Below are positions 9,794 to 20,528 of a stretch of 35,573 nt of DNA, in pieces. Position numbers and translations under genes: made by a program. The DNA comes from a virus (Duplodnaviria > Caudoviricetes), in IMG/VR virus record IMGVR_UViG_3300037882_002449, positions 1 to 35,573 of that record, one strand, 5' to 3'. Each line of letters starts with the position of its first letter. Within the stretch, counting starts at the first letter, position 1. The notes beneath the pieces are model-generated. The model ran no database searches. It was not told where the DNA came from and worked only from the letters and a program-made list of their open reading frames with translations.

Positions 9794-10491
9794 TTGCAGC
9801 CGCATCACTTGCTACAGGCGTAGCAGGCGTGGGCTATAACATCTACCAAAGCAACAAAGCCGCTTCAGCCGCCGAAAGCCAAGGACGCATTCAGCAGATG
9901 CTAGGGCTACAGGCTGCACGCCAGCAGGCCGAGAGCGGCAGGATGCAGAGCCAGATTGCTCTTGCCCAAGCGGAGACGCAGAAACGCGCAGGCATGGCCG
10001 AGGCCGAAAAGCTCCGAGCTGATGCGCGAATCAATGCCGAGATGAGCGTTGAGGAGCAGCGCCGCCAGCGAATTGTTGACCGCAAGTTGCAAGCCTCACA
10101 AGTCGCAGCACAGGCAGCAAGCGGGCTTTCCACCGTGGGCACGCCGCTGGAGGTGATGGCCGAGACTGCTGGGATTCAGCAGCTCCAAATTGTGGAGACT
10201 GCACGACAGCGGGAAGTGGAGCGCAGACAGATTCTCAACCAAGCGCAGGCCGCAGAATACGGAGCTAGCCAGATGGGGGGAACAGCGATTGACGCACAGC
10301 TGCAAGGCATCGCTTCCATAGCTCAGGCGAATCAGACCCGCTACAACGCCATGTTGGCACCGATACAAGCCAAGCTCCAAGGGGCCCAATACAGGGCGCA
10401 GGCTATCGGCTCCGCGCTGTCTGGCATCTCCAGCATGGCAGGCAGCGCTTACCAATTCGGCAGACAAGGCGCATTTACCCGCACAAAATGA
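9775..10491 (+). CDS. Internal virion (ejection) protein, gp14-like
   Basis: Hydrophobic N-terminus MAWPIVIAAASLATGVAGVG, Ala/Gln-rich coil, QAASGL...GTPL motif. Confidence 0.75.
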   Translation: MAWPIVIAAASLATGVAGVGYNIYQSNKAASAAESQGRIQQMLGLQAARQQAESGRMQSQIALAQAETQKRAGMAEAEKLRADARINAEMSVEEQRRQRIVDRKLQASQVAAQAASGLSTVGTPLEVMAETAGIQQLQIVETARQREVERRQILNQAQAAEYGASQMGGTAIDAQLQGIASIAQANQTRYNAMLAPIQAKLQGAQYRAQAIGSALSGISSMAGSAYQFGRQGAFTRTK

Positions 10492-12305
10492 TTCCCACAC
10501 TACAACGCGCTCAGGTGCAGCAGAGCAACGCTATAGTCCCGCTCAGTAATAGCCGAGCGCTACAGCCCTACCAGTCAAACCAAGCCGCCGCCACTTCCCG
10601 CGAGGTGAACGCGCCCATCGAAATTCTCGACACCGCGAGGACTCAGTATCAGAAGGGGCAGGCGATAGGCCAAGGGCTTCAAGAAGCAGGCTCTAATCTG
10701 GCAAGAATCGCCATGGCCGGACTGGAAGCGAAGAACTACGCGGACCTGCACGAAGCCAAGACCAAGGCCGATTCAGTCATGGGCGAGCATCTGGAATGGC
10801 GGATGAAACACCAGGGCGAACCGGGGCGATGGGCCAAAGATTTTGAGGAGCGATTCACGGCTGCACGTGGAGCACTCGACGCCAAGCCTTTTGCGCCCGT
10901 AGTAAAAGACCAGCTGAAGCTTGACCTTGATTCCATGTTTCAGGCGGGGAGAACGCGCACTCTGTTAGATGCTACGAAAGCGGAGGTTGACCGGGGTGTT
11001 GCCGTGGCTGATGCCGTGGTTCAGACCGGAGTAAGGAACGGGGATATGGCGCAAGTGGAAGAAGGGCTTGCTTCTTTCTCTCAATTCACCGGAGAGCCCG
11101 CCGAAGTGACGGAGAACCGTAGACAAATCTACGCTGGCAAGGTGGGGGCTTCCCAGCTCCAGGCCGCCGAAGCAGAGCTTGTGATCTTTAAAACCAACCG
11201 AGACTTTGGCAATGCTGCCGGATTCGTGGAGGGCATTGAGAAGCCGGAAGGCGTGCCAGAAAAAGACTTTGACCTGTGGAAACGGGGGCAGTTGGCAGAG
11301 CTGAAGCTGAGTGAATCCGCAGACCGGGCAGACCAGATCATGAGCGCGAGCCCTAGCGAGTTCTTAACAAAGGCCCAGCGTGGAGAGTTTGACGCGCTGC
11401 CTAAAACCGTGCAACTAGCCAAGATCAAAGAAGCCGAGCAGTTACGCGAAACCTTGGCAGGCAACGAAACCGTGGAGGCTCGCAGGATGATAGAGCTAAG
11501 CGTTGCCAACGAAAACATTGACAGCGTGAGCATGGAAACGCTATCGCCAATGCTCAAAGAGGCTACCCCGTGGCACCGTGAGCAGGTCAGAGAACAACTA
11601 GAAATTGCCAAACTCAAAGGGCCAGTAGGCAGTAAGCAGGCGATTGCTAAGCTCTACTCCAAGCAGGAGGCCTTAATGCTTCAGGCCAAGACCTTCCAGC
11701 CAACGGGAGACGCAGACGCAGACAATATGAGGGCGAGCCGTATCAGGCTAGCGGCTTCATCACTACCCGCAGACCTAGCCAAGCCTATTGACGATGCCCT
11801 AACCTCTATCATGGATGGCGACCCCGTGGCAGTCTCCAACGGTGCAGCAATGGCCGTAGTGAAACAAAACATAGAGCTTGGCGGATTAGGTCCGCGCACC
11901 GTGCCAGTGCTAAGCGCAGACGGTAAGCAGATCATGCGCGAGGCTAAGGAGGTGGGAGAAGTGAAAGGCTTCATTTACGATACGGAATACTACGAAAGCG
12001 CAGAAGGCCCGCCGATTACAGAGCAGGGAATGATTCCCCTCACTGAGCTGAACCCCGTAGTGGTGGCCAAAGAAAAAGAAGTGATGCAGAAGATAGAGAA
12101 GGAACTGAACAAGCAGCTAGCGACAAAGCCGGACATGACAGAGCAGGAGAAAACAGCGCTCGCTCTAAAAATCTACACTGCCAATGGGGGCTCTTTGAAG
12201 ATGAAGCCACAACTAGAAAGCCCCCTTTTCAGAACACCTGCATTGAATCAAAACCGCACCTCGCTAGACTCCGCGCTCGAAACGCTTTACAAATATGCCA
12301 AGTAA
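10488..12305 (+). CDS. Internal virion (ejection) protein, gp15-like
   Basis: 605-aa helical protein, AIGQGLQEAG..LA motif; synteny. Confidence 0.65.
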   Translation: MIPTLQRAQVQQSNAIVPLSNSRALQPYQSNQAAATSREVNAPIEILDTARTQYQKGQAIGQGLQEAGSNLARIAMAGLEAKNYADLHEAKTKADSVMGEHLEWRMKHQGEPGRWAKDFEERFTAARGALDAKPFAPVVKDQLKLDLDSMFQAGRTRTLLDATKAEVDRGVAVADAVVQTGVRNGDMAQVEEGLASFSQFTGEPAEVTENRRQIYAGKVGASQLQAAEAELVIFKTNRDFGNAAGFVEGIEKPEGVPEKDFDLWKRGQLAELKLSESADRADQIMSASPSEFLTKAQRGEFDALPKTVQLAKIKEAEQLRETLAGNETVEARRMIELSVANENIDSVSMETLSPMLKEATPWHREQVREQLEIAKLKGPVGSKQAIAKLYSKQEALMLQAKTFQPTGDADADNMRASRIRLAASSLPADLAKPIDDALTSIMDGDPVAVSNGAAMAVVKQNIELGGLGPRTVPVLSADGKQIMREAKEVGEVKGFIYDTEYYESAEGPPITEQGMIPLTELNPVVVAKEKEVMQKIEKELNKQLATKPDMTEQEKTALALKIYTANGGSLKMKPQLESPLFRTPALNQNRTSLDSALETLYKYAK

Positions 12306-15300
12306 CCTCATTCCCGAGGCTGACGCCTTCCTCATAAGCCAGCATATAGACCAGATGCCGGAGGAGAAAAAGGCGCAAGCTGCGGACGTGCTGGGAAGGT
12401 ATCGGCGGCAGCAAGATCGGCTTGGCGTTCCGCTTTTTCCCAATGAGCAGCGCAAGCAGTGGGATGAAACCAAGAGCTTTCTTGGCAGCTTTAACGACCT
12501 CGACGCACTGGACAAGGAAGACGGAATTTATGCTGAGTCTGAGCGACTAGCTCCCGGCACTGGCGTGTCGCTGAAAAAGCAGACGCGGCTAGGGCAGTTC
12601 CTTTCCCGGCGCTACGGAGTGAGTAGCGTTGAAGCGCTCACCAACCCGCTCTACAAAGCCGATTACGCAAACAAAAAAGGGCTCAGCTCTTTCACAGACG
12701 ACACGCTTTTCGACAAAGCGAACGAGGACGTGACGCAGGAGAACAACACGCTGAGCTTCCGCCGTGATCTTCTCAACAAAGCTTATCAGTCAGCCTTCAC
12801 CACGGACAGCACAACGAATGCAGTCTTGGCATGGCAAAACGAAAACAAGGAGCAACCCGGCTACAATGGCGAGCGTGTGAGCGAGTTCATGTCAGCGCAC
12901 ATTCGCGCCCGTGACGTGATGTGGAAAGTAGACGCGGAAGAAGTAGTGAAGGCACTGGCTACGTCAATGCAGGACTCGACAGAGTATGGAACGCCGGGGT
13001 TTCCAGTTGAGGGGAAAGAAGAAGCCGCTGCCAAGATAGAGCAGTTCAAGCGACAGCTACTCACCCTAGACGCCGACGAACGCGCCCTTGCAATCCAAGG
13101 CATCGCGATCAAAGCCGAGGCGCTAGGCAAAGTGGAAGGCGCAGACAAAGACTATATCCAACAGGGAGCAGAAGGCTTTGCGCGTTTGTTCACCGACTTT
13201 GAGGGAAGAAATAGAGAGGTTGCTATTTCCAAGATTGACCCTGCCGCCATAACCCTAGGCACCGAAGAAGTGAAGACCTTGGAGCAGGCCCGTGAAATCT
13301 TGCTGAGCCGCGCAGAATCCGCCGAGCCCATTCCATTCTTACCAGGGAGAGAGTTGCTTGGTGGGGTGAAGAGCGGGCGCTTGCCCACTGAAGCCGAGGA
13401 AGACCTGCTGGCGCAGGCCCAAGCCGAAGAGCTAAGGATGCGCGACATTGAGCTGGAGATAATGTCAGCTCAAGAAGCCGCCGACCCTGTAGGACTAGAC
13501 ACCGCCGGAAAAGTAGCAGCAGGGCTAGGCACTAGCCTTGGACTCATGGCCGGAACTCTAGCCACACGTGGCGCAATCGTGCCAGTGTGGGCTGAGGCTT
13601 TCAGCGCAAACAACTACCGCGAGTTAAGACGTAGCAATCCAGAGATACCAAGGGAAGCCGCTAAGCTAACGGCAGACACCGCAGGAGCGCTAGAGGCAGC
13701 GCTTGAACTCATTGACATTCCAATTGCTAGTAAACTACTAAACGTCAGGCAATTAGTAAAAGGGGGGCTCACTAAGGCGGTGGCCACGCAAGCGGCTCTA
13801 AAGCTTGGAGCAAGCTACGCAGCGGAGAACGTGCAAGAAGCCGTTCAAGACTTGATGCTTCCGCTAATGAAGCAAGCCCTCGCCTCAGACGTGCCGGGGG
13901 TGGACTTTAGCACCGATCTTGACCAATGGGCAAAAGGGCGCGGAATCGTAGCCCTCACCACTATTCCCCTCACCATGATAGGCGCAGGGGTGGCAACATT
14001 CGCAGACTACCAGACAGGCCGCGACCTTGGCAGGCTGGCCGAAGTGCTAGCTCTGAAAGGCGCAAAGCCGCAACTCCAAGAGGCTATTGTGAGCCTAGTT
14101 CAGCAAGGGAAAAGCCAAGAAGCAGACACGCTATGGAAAGCCCAGCAAGAGAACCTTGACAGCGGCATTGCAGACGCCGCAGCGCTGAAATACACCGAGC
14201 TTGCGGATACGATCAAGCAAACTGCGGACGCCCGCAAACGCGCCCAGGAGAAGCTAGTCAGCCGCATCGACTATGACGGGAAGCAGTGGGCTATAAAAAT
14301 GATGGACGGCAGCACCGTGCAAGCCGACAGCATTCAAGCCGTGGACGCCCTGCTGAATGAAGTGGGGCTAGCTCGCAGGCAGGAGGAAGCGTCAATTCTG
14401 ATTGAGGCCGCGCAGTCTGGCCAGCAGCTAGCGTCAAAGGATGAGCGCGTGCAGGCTGAAGTTAGCCTACGCCCAGAACTATTCCGCCTCATGCGGGATG
14501 GCTATATCTCCGTGTATGATCCACGGCTTGGCATGGAGGTCAGCCGTATGGATGCCGCCGGACAGGTGGCCGAGGCGAACGAAGAAGCCAAGCTTCTACC
14601 AGCAGGACAAGGCGGGGACATTCTAGGCGCGATCAACGGATTCACCGAGGAAGAAGCCATTGCCAAAGTAGGAAACGCCACGAAGTCAGTCCTTCGTAAA
14701 ATGTCAGTAGCCACGCCGGGGGATGGCGTTAGGCCGCAAGCCATCACGCTAGCTCACGAAGTGGTGGAGCCCATAATGGTGCAGATGGTCAGAGACGGGA
14801 GAATGACAGAGGCAGGAATGAGGCAGGCCGCTCTTTCCCTCTCCAAGTTCGTCAACCCTGCCCAAATACGCGACAGCGCAGAGAAACAGTTAGCCGAGAA
14901 CCTGCACGCCGTGGCGAAAGGAGAAGGTAGCTGGACGATGCTACGCGAGACGGTGACAGAGTTCATGGTGAGGGATATTCTAGGCCGAGGGAAGAGCGGC
15001 ATCGCCAAGCCGGGGAGCTTTGAGGCTCTGATCTACCAAGCAACAATGGCCGCGCAGACGAAACAGGAAGCGCAAGAGCTTACCAAGCTAGGCAGGCTGC
15101 TAGCAGCGACACGCCGATTCCTAGCGAACATATTCAGGACTGTGGCGATGGTGAACAAAGCCCGCAGATCAGGGCAGGCGGACGACTTCTTTGCCATTAC
15201 CGATGCAGTGCTAGGCACCACAGAGCAGGCTCAATTTGAGCAGGAAGTGAAGCAGGAGCTTGTGCAGGAAATCGAAGGGCTGGACGCAGACCCGTTTAGC

Positions 15301-18300
15301 GTTACGGCACCACGCGCCACGCCGCAGGATGTTAGCAACGTGATACGCCTGCCGGACGGCGCGGAGATGATAGGGCCGACTCTGTTCAGCGTCACCGCCT
15401 ACCACGGCACCCCGCATAAAGTCGATAAGTTCAGCCTTGAAAAAATCGGCACGGGCGAGGGCGCGCAGGCTTACGGGTGGGGGCTTTACTTCGCGGAGAG
15501 CGATGAAGTGGCAAGAACTTATGCCAAAGAAAACACGGCAGCTAGCGGCTACGCTCAAATGGCGTTAGACTTCAAGGGCTCGGCAAAGGAAGCTATCCAA
15601 TATTTGAAATCCGATTCTTGGGATCAATCAAATCAAAGTGTTCAAACAGCTATCAGGCTTTTGCAAACCACTGGAAGCAGTGAAGGCAACCTCTACACCG
15701 TAGAGCTTCTTCCCGATAAAGAAGACTTCCTTGATTGGGACAAGCCGCTGTCAGAGCAGAGTGAGAAGGTGAAGGCTGCGATTGGTTTTGATAACGAGGC
15801 CGCTGTAAAATACAAAGAAATTCAAGCTCGAATGGCCGACCTTATGCGGGAGACGGGAGGGCTTGATTCCGAAGAATGGGACGCGCTTAAACAAGAGGCG
15901 CAAAATATTCGTTCCACAAAAGGGGGGACGCCTCTTCGAGAGGGTTCTGATTTTTATCGAGAACTAGGCGACGCTGAATCAGCGTCTAAAAAGCTCGCAT
16001 CACTCGGCATCTCCGGCATTCGCTACCTAGACGGCAGCAGCCGAGGAGCAGGAGAAGGCACCCACAATTACGTAATCTTCGACGAGAAGCTAGTCAAGAT
16101 CATCGAGGAGAATGGGCAGAAGGTGGAGGAGAGTAGATTTACCGCCAGCATCTCCCCCGCGCAAGACTCCGCTTATCTCGACGCTGTGAAAGCTGGGGAC
16201 ATGGAGACTGCCCAGCGGATGGTGGACGAGGCGGCGAAGGCTGCGGGGTATGATCGAATGCTCTTTCACCAGACGCACAAGAAAAACGTGCCGAAGATTT
16301 ACGCAAAGGGATTTGACCTGAATATCCTCGGAGCGCGTGAATCTGACAATGAAATGCCAGATGGTGTCTTTCTCAAGCCTGACGAAACAAATATTAGAGT
16401 CGGAGCCGCAGACGCAAAAGACATAAGCCAAATGCGGCTTTACGCTCGACTGGAAAACCCGCTGATTTTCAACAACCGCAAAGAGCTGTCTGAGTTCGTT
16501 CAATCGAAAAACCCTGCCTTTGGAAAGACGCAGGCCGAATTTACGAAATCCGACAAGGCAATCGTTGCGGACGTTGATAGACTTGAGGCGGAAGCAATAG
16601 CGTTGCCAAAAGGCAAAGAGCAAGACGCAGCATGGGAGCGATACTTCGCCGAAAGCGACATCATCTTCGAAAAGGGCCGTGCGTCGCTCAACGAGATTGC
16701 CGCGAGAGCGCGAGCAATCGCGACAGCAGCAGTGAGAGCAAGTGCGGACGGGATTATTGTTTACAATGACGCTGGCAGCTTCGGCAGGACTACAACAACG
16801 GTGGTTGCGCTGAATCCATCACAAATAAAATCCGCCGACCCCGTCACCTACGATGAGAACGGCCAAGTGATTCCTCTGAGCCAACGGTTTAACGAGCAGA
16901 GTGACAATATCAATTATAGCATTTCCCCCACCAGCACGCTAGAAAGCCTCAGCTCAGTTTTGCGGTCCAAGCTCGACCGCAACCCAGAGAAGAAGCGGGA
17001 GTATGCCAAGGAAGCGGCTAGACGACTGAAGGCACAAGCCGACAAGTGGAGCACTGACCGCTGGACGCCCAAGGGGGATTTGATTAGACCGCTGAGTGAG
17101 AAGCTGAATAAAGGCGAGCTTGATAAAGAGGAGGCCCGCCGCAGAAAGGCTTTGCGTGAAGAGAAAGACAACATCTTCACGGGAGAGGTGGAGGCGCGCT
17201 TCCAAGGCATTGAGCAGCTTGACCCGAAACTCTGGAACCACACGCTAGCTAGCTACGTGTTCCGCAGGGCAGGAAAAGGGCTACTGCGTGGTAAGATAAT
17301 TAGCCCGCAGAAGTGGAGAGCCCAGCAAGAAGAGCGGGTAATGATGGGTGAAGCTAGCACCATCCCCGGCGACTATGACGGAGCGCAGGACTTGCCCGCT
17401 TGGTTATTCGGTGGAGACGTGGACGCCAACCGAGTTGCAGACACGATATGGAACGACCAAGAGCAGGGCTTACTTTCTCAGCGGATCCTCGCCGAGAACG
17501 ACCCCAATGCACTTTGGGCGGCGATGGCTGACATGCTCAGCACCGTAGAGGGCAACCGTGAGCAGTGGAAGGGATACAGCGAGGAGCTACGCGAGGCTAG
17601 GAACAATGCAGCTACCCAAGCCCGCGAAGAAGCCGCCGCATGGAGAGCCGAGCAGGAAGCGATGCAGGCCAAGAACTGGAGCCCGATGGAAAGCCTGAAG
17701 CGCGACCTGAAGGCCCAAGAGCTAATGCTTGCTGCATTCCCTTCCGCCGTGAGGGAGAAAGCAGGACTTGGATGGGCTAGCCTTGCTGCCTTGAAAAGCG
17801 AGAAGAGCAGGCACAAGGAGCTTTTGAAGCGAGCCGAAAAGCTGGCGGATGCGGTGGAGAGTTATCTGAGGGAAACTTACCGCGAGCAGATCGAAGCCCT
17901 TTTCAACGCAGCCGCTCCAAATAAAGAGGCAGGCAAGAAGCCAACGGCCAAGATAGACGCCACCGTTGGCGACCTCGTAGAAGCGGCAAGGGCCAGCATG
18001 AGCCTAAACCAAGACGAGACGGACGGCAGCCTGGCAGAGCTAGACACGCGCCTAGCTTCCCCAGACATTACGCTGGAGGATGAAGTGAGGCTGCTGGCTG
18101 AGCGGAATCTGGTTGAGCTATTCGGCAACTCCAACCGCATCACCGAGGACACCGGACGGAAGGACAAGAACGGGAAGCCCATCTACCGCACAGCCTACGC
18201 CGGGGCAGATTCCGCGCAGCTAGAGGCCGCGCACGATGCCCTTTATACGTTGGTTGAGCACGGGCTAGCGCTATACCGCGCCAAGACCGAGGCGATACGC

Positions 18301-20304
18301 GCACGCCGCGAAGAGAAGCGGACTAAGTTTAAGGCTCTCACCAACCGCAAAGGCTGGGACTCAGAGGCCGACGAGCTAGCCAAAAACGCCGCTCAGTTTG
18401 GTAGCCGCGCCTTTGACTGGATGCTGGACGGCTCTAGCTTTGAACAGTGGATGTTCTACACTTTCGGAGAGAAAAGCCAGCTAGTACAGGACATCGTGGA
18501 CGAAGAACGCCGCGCATCCTACCAATACGAGGATGCAATTCAACAGGCCCAAGAGCGTATCTCAGATTTATTCACCAAGCTAGCAGGCGGATATGTGCAG
18601 GGGCAAAAACTCCGCTGGGAAATGTCACGCAAAACCGTTGAGGCTACGACTGAGCGGCACGGCACGCGCCAACTAAGCCAGCTAGAAGCTATTCAAGCCT
18701 TGATGATGTGGGCACAGGAGGATGGCAAGCGGCACATGATAGGCAAGGTGGACGAGAACAACCAGCCCGCAGCAGATGCTGGCTGGCATTATGGCCAGCC
18801 GTTTATTGACCAACTAGAAGCCGCTTTAACACCAGAAGCCCGGCAAGTAATGGCGTTTCTACGCGCCGAATACAACGCCGAGCATCCCGTATTGGATGCC
18901 TACTATCGCGAGCGACACAACATAGGGCTTCCTCAGCACGCCAACTATGCGCCTCTTACCGTTGCCCCACAGCAAGCCAAGGCTGGCCAAATGGTTGACC
19001 CCGTAAGCGGAATGAGTTCTAGTAGCTCAGTCCTAACGCCGGGAGCCCTACGAAGCCGGAACAAGAAGGCTTCAGCTCAGCCAGATTTTAGAGACGCCCT
19101 TGTGACCTTCATAGGCCACAATAAGCAAATGGAATACTGGAAGGCTTATTACGACCTAGCCACTGAAGCCCAAGCTGTGTTTGGCTCATTGCCTGTGCGC
19201 AATTCTATTGAGGCTAGAGGAGGCAAACAAATGCTAGCCGTGCTAGATAAATGGCTAGACGTCTTTGCTAAAGGCGGACAGGTGGACACCGCCGCAGGCT
19301 TAGCGATGGCCCAAGACATTAGCCAGATGCAGAGCTTAGGCTCAGCTATGGCCTTGTTTGGCAAGGGCTCCACGCTGCTAGTGCAAGCCACCCAACTAGG
19401 AGCGGCAAGCGTCACCATGCCTACAGCAGCCTACGTAAAGCGGCTTGGAAAGCTGCTCACTGGTAATCTTGGTTGGAAGGACGCGGTTAACTCGCCATTC
19501 ATCCAACGCCGCATAAAGTCCGGCCCGCCTATCATCCGGCAAATCATGGGGCGCTTAGCTACTGCTACCGAGCCTAATCAACTCAAAGAGCTCATGCACC
19601 GCGCAGGCCAAACGCTGAGCGCAGCAGACGGTATTTTCACAGGCGGCACATACGCCATCGTTTACGACTACCAACTTGAGCAGGCGAAGGCCATGCAGAT
19701 AGTTGACCCTGAAGACTACGCGCACAAAGAAACCGAGCGGATAGTTGAGCGCATAGCTCAGCCTACGCGCAAAGCCACGCGCTCCATTTTCGAAGTTGCG
19801 GCAGTTGGCCCAGGGTGGAGCACTGCCCTAGCTTTCGGCTCAGAGGCCCGCCAGAAGTTCGCTCTGTTCTCATGGGCTGCTTACAATGCGAAGAAGAATC
19901 CCGCTCAATTTGCGAAAGTTGCGTTCCTCGCAGTGGTTCTAAACGGCATAGGCTCCCACCTGCTGAAGTCACTTTGGAAAGCTCTGATCGGCAAAGACGA
20001 CGACGAAGTTTTGAGCCCTTCAACGCTGGCGCTAGCTGGAATCAATGGCCTAGCTGGGGGTATGCCAGTAACCAAGCTGCTATTCGGGGAAGACTCCGTG
20101 CTTGCATCGTTTGGCCGAGGCAAGGAAGCCATCCAGAAAATAGCCAAGGGAGACGCGGAAGCAGAAGACGCTTGGCAGATCGTGCAGGCCATCCTTGCAG
20201 CGGCAGGCTTATTCAACGAGAATGCCGCGAGCCTGAAAGTATTGAGCCAAGCGGGGCACGAAGGCTCTTCAATTCTCCTACCAGATAAAAACCAAAACAA
20301 ATGA
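12295..20304 (+). CDS. Giant internal virion / large polyvalent protein with two ART-like domains
   Basis: 2669 aa in the gp16 position; AYHGTPH..F....IGTGEGAQAYGWGLYFA and YLDAVKAGDMETAQRMVDEAAKAAGY..FHQT...QIKSADPVTYD motifs. Confidence 0.85.
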   Translation: MPSNLIPEADAFLISQHIDQMPEEKKAQAADVLGRYRRQQDRLGVPLFPNEQRKQWDETKSFLGSFNDLDALDKEDGIYAESERLAPGTGVSLKKQTRLGQFLSRRYGVSSVEALTNPLYKADYANKKGLSSFTDDTLFDKANEDVTQENNTLSFRRDLLNKAYQSAFTTDSTTNAVLAWQNENKEQPGYNGERVSEFMSAHIRARDVMWKVDAEEVVKALATSMQDSTEYGTPGFPVEGKEEAAAKIEQFKRQLLTLDADERALAIQGIAIKAEALGKVEGADKDYIQQGAEGFARLFTDFEGRNREVAISKIDPAAITLGTEEVKTLEQAREILLSRAESAEPIPFLPGRELLGGVKSGRLPTEAEEDLLAQAQAEELRMRDIELEIMSAQEAADPVGLDTAGKVAAGLGTSLGLMAGTLATRGAIVPVWAEAFSANNYRELRRSNPEIPREAAKLTADTAGALEAALELIDIPIASKLLNVRQLVKGGLTKAVATQAALKLGASYAAENVQEAVQDLMLPLMKQALASDVPGVDFSTDLDQWAKGRGIVALTTIPLTMIGAGVATFADYQTGRDLGRLAEVLALKGAKPQLQEAIVSLVQQGKSQEADTLWKAQQENLDSGIADAAALKYTELADTIKQTADARKRAQEKLVSRIDYDGKQWAIKMMDGSTVQADSIQAVDALLNEVGLARRQEEASILIEAAQSGQQLASKDERVQAEVSLRPELFRLMRDGYISVYDPRLGMEVSRMDAAGQVAEANEEAKLLPAGQGGDILGAINGFTEEEAIAKVGNATKSVLRKMSVATPGDGVRPQAITLAHEVVEPIMVQMVRDGRMTEAGMRQAALSLSKFVNPAQIRDSAEKQLAENLHAVAKGEGSWTMLRETVTEFMVRDILGRGKSGIAKPGSFEALIYQATMAAQTKQEAQELTKLGRLLAATRRFLANIFRTVAMVNKARRSGQADDFFAITDAVLGTTEQAQFEQEVKQELVQEIEGLDADPFSVTAPRATPQDVSNVIRLPDGAEMIGPTLFSVTAYHGTPHKVDKFSLEKIGTGEGAQAYGWGLYFAESDEVARTYAKENTAASGYAQMALDFKGSAKEAIQYLKSDSWDQSNQSVQTAIRLLQTTGSSEGNLYTVELLPDKEDFLDWDKPLSEQSEKVKAAIGFDNEAAVKYKEIQARMADLMRETGGLDSEEWDALKQEAQNIRSTKGGTPLREGSDFYRELGDAESASKKLASLGISGIRYLDGSSRGAGEGTHNYVIFDEKLVKIIEENGQKVEESRFTASISPAQDSAYLDAVKAGDMETAQRMVDEAAKAAGYDRMLFHQTHKKNVPKIYAKGFDLNILGARESDNEMPDGVFLKPDETNIRVGAADAKDISQMRLYARLENPLIFNNRKELSEFVQSKNPAFGKTQAEFTKSDKAIVADVDRLEAEAIALPKGKEQDAAWERYFAESDIIFEKGRASLNEIAARARAIATAAVRASADGIIVYNDAGSFGRTTTTVVALNPSQIKSADPVTYDENGQVIPLSQRFNEQSDNINYSISPTSTLESLSSVLRSKLDRNPEKKREYAKEAARRLKAQADKWSTDRWTPKGDLIRPLSEKLNKGELDKEEARRRKALREEKDNIFTGEVEARFQGIEQLDPKLWNHTLASYVFRRAGKGLLRGKIISPQKWRAQQEERVMMGEASTIPGDYDGAQDLPAWLFGGDVDANRVADTIWNDQEQGLLSQRILAENDPNALWAAMADMLSTVEGNREQWKGYSEELREARNNAATQAREEAAAWRAEQEAMQAKNWSPMESLKRDLKAQELMLAAFPSAVREKAGLGWASLAALKSEKSRHKELLKRAEKLADAVESYLRETYREQIEALFNAAAPNKEAGKKPTAKIDATVGDLVEAARASMSLNQDETDGSLAELDTRLASPDITLEDEVRLLAERNLVELFGNSNRITEDTGRKDKNGKPIYRTAYAGADSAQLEAAHDALYTLVEHGLALYRAKTEAIRARREEKRTKFKALTNRKGWDSEADELAKNAAQFGSRAFDWMLDGSSFEQWMFYTFGEKSQLVQDIVDEERRASYQYEDAIQQAQERISDLFTKLAGGYVQGQKLRWEMSRKTVEATTERHGTRQLSQLEAIQALMMWAQEDGKRHMIGKVDENNQPAADAGWHYGQPFIDQLEAALTPEARQVMAFLRAEYNAEHPVLDAYYRERHNIGLPQHANYAPLTVAPQQAKAGQMVDPVSGMSSSSSVLTPGALRSRNKKASAQPDFRDALVTFIGHNKQMEYWKAYYDLATEAQAVFGSLPVRNSIEARGGKQMLAVLDKWLDVFAKGGQVDTAAGLAMAQDISQMQSLGSAMALFGKGSTLLVQATQLGAASVTMPTAAYVKRLGKLLTGNLGWKDAVNSPFIQRRIKSGPPIIRQIMGRLATATEPNQLKELMHRAGQTLSAADGIFTGGTYAIVYDYQLEQAKAMQIVDPEDYAHKETERIVERIAQPTRKATRSIFEVAAVGPGWSTALAFGSEARQKFALFSWAAYNAKKNPAQFAKVAFLAVVLNGIGSHLLKSLWKALIGKDDDEVLSPSTLALAGINGLAGGMPVTKLLFGEDSVLASFGRGKEAIQKIAKGDAEAEDAWQIVQAILAAAGLFNENAASLKVLSQAGHEGSSILLPDKNQNK

Positions 20305-20513
20305 CAGGCTGGTTCAGCACCCTAGGCGCACAGAGTCTGCACTACCTGCAAGACGGCAAACCGCTATGCAGCGAGATTAGTGAGACGCGCTGGACCGTGT
20401 GGCTGGGAGTGAAGCCGGACGACATCGACCACACCAAATGCTGCCGTAAGTGCAAGGGGCTCTACCGCCGCCCGTCGATCTTCGCAAGAAAGCGTTTGCA
20501 CGGGAAGGGTTAG
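20301..20513 (+). CDS. Small Cys/His protein (possible Zn-binding)
   Basis: ATGA overlap; HY....KPLC...CCRKC. Confidence 0.55.
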   Translation: MTGWFSTLGAQSLHYLQDGKPLCSEISETRWTVWLGVKPDDIDHTKCCRKCKGLYRRPSIFARKRLHGKG

Positions 20514-20528
20514 GCGTAGGCTTGCACC

